This document shows, one piece after another, positions 1-10,077 of a DNA stretch of 18,269 nt (positions are counted from its first letter, which is position 1; every line of letters starts with the position of its first letter). This DNA is from Paraphysomonas bandaiensis (lineage: Eukaryota > Protista > Chrysophyceae): positions 1 to 18,269 of the forward strand of contig CBFFRP010000466.1 in the NCBI GenBank assembly GCA_965644295.1, given 5' to 3'. The position numbers and the translations under genes are program-made. The notes beneath the pieces are model-generated. The model saw only the letters and a program-made list of their open reading frames with translations, made no database searches and was not told the origin of the DNA.

Positions 1-161
1 GTATTGTACAAGCACGGTTGAAAATGCTATTCGTGCTTGTAATGAGAAACTAAGTTAAGTAGACAACAACTGCAATTATAATAGCGCGAGCTATAACTAA
101 TAATTACAATTTAATTGCTAAAAAACATTTGCAATTTAATTGCAATTGTTACGCAGCCCTG
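1..161 (+). mobile_element. 3' end of a hAT-type DNA transposon, cut off by the window edge
   Basis: It ends in CAATTGTTACGCAGCCCTG (143-161), matching the termini at 3454 and 7103. Subterminal CAATT/AATTG motifs are present. Bases 2-58 read YCTSTVENAIRACNEKLS*, which resembles the transposase tail WNEMTVEVAILAAKVF* at ~6947-6997. Confidence 0.7.
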
Positions 162-699
162 ATAAGTAAGAGTAATAAAACTATTTTATTGTACTTATTA
201 GCTGTATCTTATAGAATATAGACTTATATTCCTCCAATTCTCATACCTTCCAAATTCAAATTATTCGAGATTTGATCCAGCTCTGGCTGTTTGAATGACT
301 CCTTCCTCACTGATGCCATCTCTGATTATAAACAGTTGGTTTGATGCACGATATACGAACGGATGAAGCTCGTCAACCAAAAGCAGGTTTGCAGTCGGAA
401 TCGTCTTGCTCATCCCTCTCCTCTCTACGTATATATCGGTTGACCTTTGACTCGGTAGTATCTACGACATCTAGTACCCATTTTGTTTACAAGAGATACC
501 ACATTTTAGGTACAGACTCGCTGTACACATCGCTTCAAATACTCTCGAGTTTCCAACAGTCTACAATTTCGGTTTTTCGCAACATGGGTAGTGGGTGTAC
601 CCATTTGCTGTTATACCCCTGAAACGGTCAAAGGCTGAGCACACAAGCCCTTAACAAATTTTTAAGCTTACATATAGTTTGTTCAACTGGACCAATTCG

Positions 700-1015
700 T
701 TATTCACTTCACTACAAAAACGCCCCACAAACCTTCCTGCAATTAACTCGCTAGATCCTTCTTCGACTCTTCGATGACTTCGAGTACTTTTTCAACGGGT
801 TGAACTACCTTAAAGATAGTGCTGATACAGGTATCCTTCCTCTCCAACTTTTTCTCGAGGTCCTTCGTACAGCTGTCAGTTCATTGTCAGCAAGTTTCAT
901 TGGTCGATCCCCCAGATCTAAAAGGCTTCGATTCTTGCGCACGAGCCGTACTTTGGGTTTGTTCGTCCAGTTGATCAACCCAGACTGATAAAGCTTTGGA
1001 AGCTGCTTCCAATCT
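700..1015 (-). pseudogene. Possible decayed coiled-coil protein gene fragment
   Basis: The minus strand gives LEAASKALSVWVDQLDEQTQSTARAQESK / LLDLGDRPMKLADNELTAVR / KDLEKKLERKDTCISTIFKVVQPVEKVLEVIEESKKDLAS* only with two frameshifts. No complete gene model could be built and the family was not recognised. Confidence 0.3.
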
Positions 1016-1705
1016 GAACTACCATATCAACGTTTGCATAACTTAAGTAACTGAACATGAACTCTCATATCAACATCTAGTCATTCGCAAGCATATGTTC
1101 TCTACAACCGCAATGAAGACACGTGTATATGCTAGTGCACGAGATCTGAGCACCGCACTCATCTCTATCGGGATAGTAACATATCATCATACTCATTTCT
1201 CTGAAGCCACTCACAATAACCTCTCATTGGACCGATATATGTGAAGGTAACTCATACAGTCAGGCGGACTAACACTAACAGAGATGAAGGCGAAGGGCAG
1301 TACGTGTAGAAGAGTGTGCTTAGCAAGGGCTTCTTTGCATACAAACACACACTTCCTCTCACTTCATATTATATTATACGGTCACACACATACAGTACAT
1401 ACAGTAACTCAACTGTACACTTCAGCCGTCACTCTTCTCTTTTTTCTTTTTCTCATTATTTTTTCCCCTTTTTTATGATATATTTTTGTGTCCAATTTAT
1501 TTCCTAGTTTCATATCTACACACTGTATTCCGGTATACGGTGTACTGTACTACCTCTATGTAGCTATGTAGCTGTAGCTATGTATACGTATAGCAGTATA
1601 TCTTATGTATGTAGGTGTGTATACCTAGTGTACAAGTAGGTATACCGTATACATGCATCTGTGTCTGCAAATATGCTTACATATATAATAAGCTGCTGTA
1701 TCAAC

Positions 1706-1730
1706 TGCACCTGCACCTGCACCTGCACCC
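1706..1730 (+). repeat. (CTGCAC)4 short tandem repeat upstream of the scramblase gene
   Basis: CTGCACCTGCACCTGCACCTGCACC is seen directly, about 90-110 bp before the ATG at 1816. Confidence 0.85.
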
Positions 1731-1815
1731 TTATTCCTCCACATCACTGGGTTGCCGATCCTCTGTGTTTCTGTAGGTTACTTGTATCATAGTTATCAGC
1801 AGATAATATTAAAAT

Positions 1816-2892
1816 ATGTCTAACGAGGACCCGTTTATTACTATCGAGAGGCAAGATGTAACATGTCTCACTATATGTCTTTAACACTGAAACAGGGCAG
1901 ATAACATCACTGTGGACCAGAAATCTCAATTCGCTGAGTCCTGCTGCAAATGCTTAGGAGTTTGCTGTGCGGATTTTGAGAATTCGTATGACGTGTATGT
2001 TCCAGACGGTGCGGGAGCAACACGGTGGGTAGTACGAGTTCATGCGTAACGTGTTTACGACTGACGTGGAGTGTAATCTAGACTTCGCGCTACAGAAGAC
2101 AGTACTTGTGTGAGAAGGGCATTATGCAACCCTTATCACGCGTTGAAGTTACATATTAGTTCGGATTCTGATGGCAAGAAATCGGGAAACATATTGGAAA
2201 TAGAAAAACCATTCAGGTATGCGTATGGTGCAGCATAATGCGAATGTAACATTCCACAGATGCTGTTGCCCGGCATTGTTAGCTCCATGCCAGAAGTCTA
2301 TCACTGTCAGTCGTGTTCAACCGAAACGAGAGGTGATTGGATACGTTCAGGAGCCATGCCTTGGAGGTAGTGCTTTTCTCTATATTTGAATTCTGTGAAA
2401 CCATTTACTGCAGGTGTATTACGCCCAAAACTGAAGATGTATCGCGAGAAGCACGGCCGGCCCCTGGGAACTGTATCAGGGCCCTGCTGCTGCATAGGTG
2501 GGTGTTGTAAATCTGAATTCGAAGTCACATCGCCTGAGGGTCACCCTCTTGCAACTATTAAGAGGGGGGGCGTCTCTGACATGGGAATCCGGCGGTAAGA
2601 AGTTAGAATTTTTTTCCACTCGTTGATTGTCAATCACAGTGCGCTTCTCTCCAATTCTGACAAGTTTCAGATCCAGTACACGGATAATTCGATTCCTGTG
2701 GATGATAAGTTGGTGATGCTTTCTTCACTTCTCTTCATAGACTATTTATTCTTCGAAGGTGAAACTAACTGCATTGTAAATTGTTGCACCTGTCCACCCC
2801 AGATATGGTGCAAACTCTGCGACTTTTACTGTTGTGGTTGCACGCTTCCTTTTCGAGTCAAATGCTGTATACCGAAGGACTCTGATAAATAG
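1816..2892 (+). CDS. Phospholipid scramblase family protein, Cys-rich, 279 aa, 6 exons
   Basis: Exons are 1816-1850, 1896-2024, 2082-2216, 2260-2366, 2414-2594 and 2640-2892 (840 nt, frame closes). Motifs: DFENSYDVY, RATEDSTCVRRALCNPYHALKL, LEIEKPFRCCC, IGYVQEP, GTVSGPCCC, SDKFQIQY, and the C-terminal helix KLVMLSSLLFIDYLFFE typical of scramblases. Intron 1 is GC-AG. Confidence 0.9.
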
Positions 2893-3161
2893 TACAGTAG
2901 TAGAGAAACGGTTCAATGTCCAACTATTGAAGTTACAAGTTTAGCTTTTCATTTAGAGAACTCTGTTGCTGTCCTTGATCTGAAGGGAAGGTCTTTATCG
3001 ATGCCGAGATATATATTGGTGGTAACTGTAGTGAAAATTAATTGCAATTTCTTCAATAAAGTCGCCAGATTTATAATTAATTGACGTTTTATTATTATCG
3101 AAGAAATAATACTCACGAAACATCAGGCACAACTACTTTTAATGAGTTGCATAGTATTAGT

Positions 3162-3454
3162 TAGGTCTGCGTATCAATTAAGTGTCAATTAATTGATGCA
3201 GGAAGTATATTATAGTTACAGGTTGTTTCTGGCGACGATTCATAGGTAGCTCAAAATGGCGAAGACTCATACTCTTGCGCAAATCAGTCGTAACAATATT
3301 AGCTCTCTCTTTCCACCAATATCAAATTGATGATATTAAAAATATTTCAATTAATAGCACTGAATTGAAGTAGGTTGTAGTTAGCCAATTCTAATCATTT
3401 GCTGTCCCAATAATGTAATTACTAGAAACGACAATTAATTGTAACGCAGCCCTG
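3162..3454. mobile_element. hAT-derived MITE, 293 bp
   Basis: The left end TAGGTCTGCGTATCAATTAA and right end TTAATTGTAACGCAGCCCTG are imperfect inverted repeats. Flanks GTATTAGT (3154-3161) and GTATTAAA (3455-3462) match 6/8, consistent with an 8-bp TSD. The first ~41 nt match the reverse complement of 7063-7103 with 4 mismatches. Confidence 0.8.
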
Positions 3455-3892
3455 GTATTAAAAAACAAAAGTAACATTTTATTTCAGTTATCATACCAGA
3501 CCAAGAACATTTTTTCTATTATTCTATGGTATCATTGTTCTACAAGCATTAGTACTACTTCGAATAAACTTGGAAAGCCTATTGCAGAATGTACCTCAGT
3601 ACCTCAGAGCTTACTAGGTGACAAGTATTTGATGTACAGGCTATACATCACCTGCGCTTGCAAAAATGACAATATTGTCTTACAAAATTAATACTCCTAA
3701 ATTAAATGATTTAATCGCACGCTGGGTTCACTTGTCATACTCCTCTACAGTTGAGTATTTCCAACAATAGACTATTATGAATTATGACGTGGAAACTGTA
3801 TCAACTAACCTAATGAGCCGCTCAATATGAAAATCACATGAGGTAGTATAATACCACGCAGTTAGTTTTCATGCTTACGATATTCGAATTCC

Positions 3893-4348
3893 TTAAATCA
3901 TCCCTCCTGTGGCCTCAAGCATACAGTCGATTTGATCGTTATCCTCAAGTTCCAACTGTACAATGCGTACGCGTGTGATGCACATTACAATGTAGCAACC
4001 AGTATTCACATACCATTTTGGGCGTATCTTCGGGCCCAATTCGGTCTCCATCCAGAGTGAATCGCAGGCCCTGTGAGGAAATACCTCTTCTCTGGGCGTA
4101 AACATCCATCAGCTGATGAAAACATATTTAGTTAGATCCACGCTATTTCATATATCAATAATATGCCCTACTTTCTGAAGCTTCGCGGCCTTCTTAACCT
4201 GAATAAAACAAGTAGAGTTGGCGTCCTATTAGACAACACACACTCTACACACACTCTCTACACACACCTTGAAAAACATTTCTTCTCCAGTCTGATCTCT
4301 TACTTTAAGAGTTATAGTCTCACTAGTCTCATCAGCTCCGTCTGCCAT
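3893..4348 (-). CDS. SUMO: Small ubiquitin-like modifier precursor (SUMO/Smt3), 89 aa, 4 exons
   Basis: Exons are 4348-4268, 4198-4172, 4112-4014 and 3955-3893, all GT-AG and phase 0. Protein: MADGADETSETITLKVRDQTGEEMFFKVKKAAKLQKLMDVYAQRRGISSQGLRFTLDGDRIGPEDTPKMLELEDNDQIDCMLEATGG-MI. It has the canonical SUMO motifs and a di-glycine followed by a 2-aa propeptide. Confidence 0.96.
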
Positions 4349-5247
4349 CGTTACTATGCACTGAACTATATGAAAATGTGCTGTGTTCGTATGTTAATTG
4401 TATGTGTGATACTTTATCCTCATGACCACACAGGAGCATGTATATACTCGTATATATGTACGTCCATATATATAGATGTATGTGTGCAGTGTTCATGTAC
4501 ACAGTATACGTACACCAGCTATGCACGCTGTGAACAGGCGCACATTCCTTCTTTGTGCTTTCCGCAGTATTCCATAGTATTCCCGGTATTCAATCAAATC
4601 CATGCATGTCCAGCAGCAGCACCATGTAGAACTACACTGCTGCATGGCACCTCTGGACTGAACTGGGCTGGCATGTGCTGTGTGCTGATCATCAGAGCTA
4701 GAGCGCACCGACAGTTCTCCTATCAAGCAACTATCATGCAACTATCATGCAACTGGACATCTCAAAGAAAACAAAATATAAAATGGCAAGTCTGCCGCGA
4801 GTTACATGGACATACATGCGCCTGGAGCTATTTAACTGCACCATCGAGTGTTTAACGTCATAATGTCCTACAATGACCTGCGCATACTTATAAGTGGAAT
4901 TCACGATCTCATCTTTGCTTTGACTCTCGGCAATTGATCTTTCATAAGTGCCCCAAGCGGAACCATGACTATTAAACGAGGAGGAAGGTCGTGATGCGAT
5001 GTGTTGGGTGCCTAACTTAGAGATATCAAGCGACACAATTCACATGAATACTAAGTCTCATCCTGCACAACTAAAACAAATTTGTAGGACTTTACGTGGA
5101 ACAAAGCCAAAACGGAGTGTATCCAACTTCGGGGTGTTATATTATAGCGGATACGTTTACGTTTCGAATAATGTGTTTTTCATTTCTCAACAGCCGAAGA
5201 GACTCATTGACACTTAAAGGACTGTTACGTACGTATATATTATATAG

Positions 5248-5954
5248 TACGGTTCGGTTACAATATATTGAATGGTGGACCGGCCGAAAATTCCATCAAT
5301 ATTGTTTTCGTTGAAGTAGCTTACAATATATTGCAATCAATATTTTGATTGTCATATACCGTGAGCTTCTTAACTGTAGGGTCTAAAATATAAGTCCATA
5401 TTCTGACAGTGATTGCAACCATATAGAGGATAATGAAGCTTATGTTGGCTTTACGGAAAATTCTACAATCAGCTAAAAAAATTAAGAAACGAAAAGAAAA
5501 TTGAAATATCTAAGTACAGGTGCACGAATCACGTGGCATGTGCGTCCAAGACACATGTGAACGCATGTTCAGTGTTGCGCAAACTTATGCATCCTACTTC
5601 ATTTAACATGATAACACGATGTTTTTTCTGAAAACACATCGACACTTGTGGTCGGATGCATGCATATTTCAATTAATTTTGTATTAATATGGTGATGCTG
5701 ACGTCGCCGATGATTGCTCCGGATGAGGATGAGTAGTAGCCAGCAAAGTGGGCTTGGTTATCACGCTACTAAAAATGGAATTTACCAATGTGCTTAGTTA
5801 CTGATCAATATACTGCAATATATTATATATTGCACTGTATATATATATTACAGTAGTATTGTTGGGCCGGTTCCGAAACCTCTATTAATAGATCAATTGT
5901 ATTGATGGAGCGCTATCTAACAATAGTATTGCAGTATATCGTTACCGAACCCTG
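5248..5954 (+). mobile_element. Non-autonomous, internally deleted hAT element, 707 bp, with transposase C-terminal remnant
   Basis: TIRs are TACGGTTCGGTTACAATATATTG and CAGTATATCGTTACCGAACCCTG. TSD is TTATATAG (5240-5247) vs TCATATAG (5955-5962), 7/8. Subterminal GGACCGGCCGAA / TTGGGCCGGTTCC are inverted. The broken frame at ~5512-5680 reads KYRCTNHVACASKT/CERMFSVA...MFFLKTHRHLWSDA, which is hAT dimerisation-domain-like. Confidence 0.85.
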
Positions 5955-6084
5955 TCATATAGTACTTTGCAAACTATTTCATGTATTGAAACATTGAAAC
6001 AATGAAATTGGTATTAGTATTAGGTATTAGTTGAATTACGTATATTTGTATCTATTTCTGGTTGTATTGTCGACTGCTAGCAAG

Positions 6085-7103
6085 CAGGGCTGGGACTGCA
6101 AATCATAATTGCAATTATAATAGACTCCAGCTTTTATACTGAAAACGGCAATTTTATTGCGAAAATCGAAAATTGGTAAAAGATATCCATAGTAAGACTA
6201 TTTCACATAGTAATTCATTTAATTAATCGCGATATGAGCAATAATGTGGTACGAGAAGTTATTGCACGAGTGTTCATTGAGGAAATAGATGATAATAACG
6301 AAGAGTTTGCCGTAGAGACTTGGCAATGCCAGGAGTGTCCGGTAGGAAAAGGGCTCCACATTTGCCATGATTGACCGCTACACCATGCTTCTATCTTCTA
6401 TCTAATACCAAGCTCGTGCAATTACGGGAGGAATTGGATTTCTTTCTACTAGTGTCCATATAACACATATAATTACAGAAAGAGTGTGAACACCAGCTTG
6501 ACCTCCACGACGATTCTATATTGTTTGACGAACTCATCATAAAGCACCGGATTGTCGAGCATCATCTAGGCGACAATGCTGCTATTATTCATAACGCTGC
6601 TTTCAATAAGGTAGTCGTGAACATTCAATGTGGCAATGAAGCCGCACGAACTCGGACGGTAAAGGATCAAATTAAAGTATTTTTTACTTTGTAGGATGAA
6701 GAAGATGATGACAGTGAGAGTCTAGTTCCGAATCAGCGCAACGTTAGGTTGATGGTAGCAGGCAGCAGAAGCGAGCAATATTTAACCGGCAGTTTCGTTA
6801 CCGCAGCATGAAGCACTTGAATGTCACAACCAATAAGGTTGAAAGGTTGTTCAGTAGAGCTAAGATTTTTATGATGGGTTTGCGCAAGAGCTTGATTCCT
6901 CAACATTTAAGAGCTACTTATGTTTTTACGCATGAATCGTCGCCTCTGGAATGAAATGACAGTTGAGGTAGCTATATTGGCAGCTAAAGTATTTTAGCAC
7001 TATATAATTGCAATAATTGAAATTGAGACAGCAAGTAAAATTACAATTATAATTGACTACAACCTGCGTCAAATAATTGACAATTAATTGATACGCAGCC
7101 CTA
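6085..7103 (+). mobile_element. Decayed, internally deleted hAT transposon
   Basis: Termini are CAGGGCTG (6085) and CAGCCCTA (7103), with CAATT-rich subterminal repeats enclosing a transposase pseudogene. No TSD is recognisable (CTAGCAAG vs ATATACTA), so the left boundary is less certain. Confidence 0.8.
6234..6997 (+). pseudogene. hAT transposase pseudogene (BED-finger start plus C-terminal part; catalytic core largely deleted)
   Basis: MSNNVVREV...ETWQCQEC is BED-like WxCxxC. It is followed by ILFDELIIKHRIVEHHLGDNAAIIHNAAFNKVVVNIQCGNE, then RYRSMKHLNVTTNKVERLFSRAK...PQHL/ELLMFLRMNRRLWNEMTV with the hAT VERLFS dimerisation motif. Stops and frameshifts are present. Confidence 0.85.
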
Positions 7104-7128
7104 ATATACTAGTGCCTTAATCAGAAAA

Positions 7129-8248
7129 TTAAGAAGCCTTCTGCCACGACCGTTGCCACCAATGAATTGCTATTGTATTTTCAGAAACTACATACATATC
7201 TCGATACCTTTTACGTTCATACGCATTTCTAATGTCTATTTGGACGGAATTTGGCACAGGGTGAAACACGTCTCTATTAAAAATTACCACCCCGTCTCCA
7301 TTACCTTCTGCAGTGGATTCAATGTACTCTGCTATATGCTTCGTAATCAATCCAGGACCTGTATGAGTAATCGTAAAGCTGTAGTCGTTTTCCTTGGTAT
7401 TTCTGCATGCATCTGCATTCCACGATTTATTATTGCGCTCCCGAAAATATGTACATACCGAACACATGATTTCCTATATCAATAGGAGACGATGTATCCG
7501 GCGAAGGAGTCGAATGGGGCACAAGAAACGATGAAATCCCTGACCATATGCTAGCTGGAATTTGCTGTATGGCACTCAATGTCTGCTCTTCTTTGTGAAG
7601 CGATTGAATAATGTTCCTCATGAGGGGGTGACCAGGAACACATCTATCCCAACAAGAGTTTAAATTTTAGGGTGAAACAATGCACTTAAATCGACTAATA
7701 CCCAATGATGCCGTTATTTACTTCTACAACAGAACAATTCGATAATCCTGTAAAAAATGCACACGATTCGACGGCATCGTCAAGAGATCCAACACACTCG
7801 TAATCAATATCTATGTATACGCCTCCAATAGTATAAAGCACCTGGAAGTGAAGATAAGTCAACGTTAAAAATAAATATGCCAACCTCATAGCGCATAACG
7901 TCAGACTTCATTCCATAATTCCTTGCGCGGTCAAATATATTTCTATTGGTCATATCCATGGACGCCGCAGCTTCATCGTCCCATAACTTAACTTCCCAGG
8001 TGGGGTGTCTTGATCTCCATGAGTCAATCATTAATTGATAAATATCAGGAAGTTCTCCTCCTTTGAAACATGATCAATGGAGCGAGTGTAGGTTAAAACA
8101 GCAGCGCACCTAGCCATATAAAGTGCATGGTTTTGGGAATGCCCCCTCGACCCCTCTGTAACGGTCTATTTGCATACGACAACAGCTTGTCATCTTCGCA
8201 CCAGTAATCAGACCTTTGGCTAGGAGGAGTAGCTCTAACACTCGACAT
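7129..8248 (-). CDS. Glycosyltransferase family 32 (Och1/Sur1-like, DXD sugar-binding domain), 307 aa, 5 exons
   Basis: Exons are 8248-8110, 8060-7885, 7841-7702, 7643-7459 and 7412-7129 (924 nt, frame closes). Motifs: IPKTMHFIWLG, SWRSRHPTWEVKLWD, KSDVMRYEVLYTIGGVYIDID, NGIIGCVPGHP, TGPGLIT, AIHWWQRSW. Confidence 0.92.
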
Positions 8249-8690
8249 TAGATGACTTCTGTTGCGAGATATCTGCAACTTTCAAGCAACACTGCACTGC
8301 ACTGTACTGCCTGATGGTATCAAGCAAACCGCGCTACATAATACGGTAAAGTACCGACGTATACACGTGTTCCGTTGCTAGATATACATACAGTACATAC
8401 ATACGTACACATCCCTACACAGTATCGGCAGGCAGCATCATATTTTTCGGAAATAAATTGAAACAGATATTTTCTTTATTACCGATATACAACTATGGCT
8501 GTAATACAGACAATTGTTGTCTCAATAATAGAGGCATATATGAACAAAAATATACGAAGGATGCCGATATGCAGATATATTCGGCCACTTGGAAGTTCCG
8601 CAGAGTGCCGAGACGTGACAGTCCTCCAGACACAGCCACAACCAACACCCCCACCAATACACAGGTTGAAATCTATATAACTTGATTGTC

Positions 8691-9176
8691 ATGGCGGCAT
8701 GGGCGGTCCTAGTGAATTTCCTGTTCCCGATCCCTCTGATCCTGCTGGTAATGCTGTCTCTGCCGTTGCCTGACTTCTGTCGTCACTCTGTTCGGTCTGT
8801 GATGCTGAGGTTAACGGATATTATTTTCTGGAGCATACCTCTTCCTGGAGTTATTAATTTATCGGTGTTCTCTCTATCGATGACTCTTTCCACTGGACTG
8901 TTTATATTGAGTGCTTTGGATACGATGCATCACCACTCCAAACCAACGAATCAGTTCAATCCACAGGTAATGCTTGTATTAATAATATATATTTTCTCAA
9001 ATTGTTAAAATGTGTTATAGGAACAGCGGTGTATGCGTTGGAGATCCGAACGCAACTTCTGGATATCGCTTCTAGCTTTCGTTGTGTGGCTTGTCTTAAG
9101 TCGTTTCAAAAAAGCCCTTGCAGAGTCAGAACATTACCGAAAAGAAATAAAGAAGTTGGAATCTAAGTCAAAATAA
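8691..9176 (+). CDS. BAP29/BAP31 (Yet-like) ER membrane protein, 143 aa, 2 exons
   Basis: Exons are 8691-8966 and 9021-9176 with a GT-AG intron. There are three hydrophobic segments, LSLPLP after TM1, RWRSERNFWISL before TM3 (the family R-x-[QE]RN-x-x-IS motif) and a short Lys-rich coiled-coil tail. Confidence 0.82.
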
Positions 9177-9437
9177 TCGCTTTTGATATATTTATAGCAG
9201 GAGTTATTATGGTTTTGTAGGAAACTTTCCGCGACATTTTACGATTAAGTTAATAATTGGGTTGTCTAATATGTCGCTGTATAGTCAATGTATACGGGCA
9301 ACTTTTATATAATTTATGCATGGTAATGCAATAACCGCGAAAAAAAACAAATAATTTGCTGAGTTAGTATATACAAGCCTGGCAAGAAGGAAAACTTTTA
9401 AATTTTTTCTACTTTAATAAAAACAATATTCATGGTA

Positions 9438-9507
9438 TATTTGGCCGATCCATCAATCAATATATTTTACAATATGTTGCAATTCTATGTATAGTTCCCT
9501 CACCCTG
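9438..9507. mobile_element. Solo, degenerate terminus related to the 5248-5954 hAT family
   Basis: GGCCGATCCATCAATCAATATATT resembles the reverse complement of 5262-5285 (GGCCGGTCCACCATTCAATATATT). It ends GTTCCCTCACCCTG, like GTTACCGAACCCTG at 5941-5954. No partner end was found. Confidence 0.45.
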
Positions 9508-10077
9508 ACACATCAATAGATACTTCGCTTAATTCCCTAGTGATTGAGTTACCTCATCGCCTCGTTGCGTACTCAGTGCTCAGCACCTTTCAGTACGTGC
9601 GTAGCGCTGCTAACTTTAATATGTAATTGGTTTACATGTAATTTAAAGCAACTAAAATATTTAGTCGGCTTAACTTCAATTTTTAGTAGGCTCAACTACT
9701 ATTTTAGCTTAGCTGGAATAGATGGAAAATTTAGTAGGAATAAAAAATGAAGCACTACATTTCAGTTTCTTTGTGTATTGTATTCCTATTGTGGTAGTTG
9801 TCTATGTTTGGTATTTCATTGTAACAGAATACAGACATACAGACTAGATACTCGCGATAAATTTCAATAAGATACTGGTTTATAAGGACGAGTTAATTGT
9901 ATTTAAACACTCTCTGTGGTTTAGTTTCTGGTTGTGAAGAATTTTTGGTCCCATTCTATCATAATTGGCCATTGTCTGTCATGATATTGGTGCTCCCATT
10001 GCAAAGTAACAAAAGAAATTCAAAGCTAGCATCACACTACCTTTCAACCACAAACATATTATTATATTTACGTACAA

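Noticed and set aside
700-1015. In-frame TGA/TAA codons suggesting stop-codon reassignment
   Set aside because: The intact genes end in TAA, TAG and TGA and have no internal stops. Frameshift decay explains it better.
4163-4855. 230-aa plus-strand ORF
   Set aside because: It is antisense to SUMO exons 1-2 and runs through low-complexity upstream DNA. No recognisable domain.
4734-5036. 100-aa minus-strand ORF
   Set aside because: Non-ATG start, no motif and no consistent splice model.
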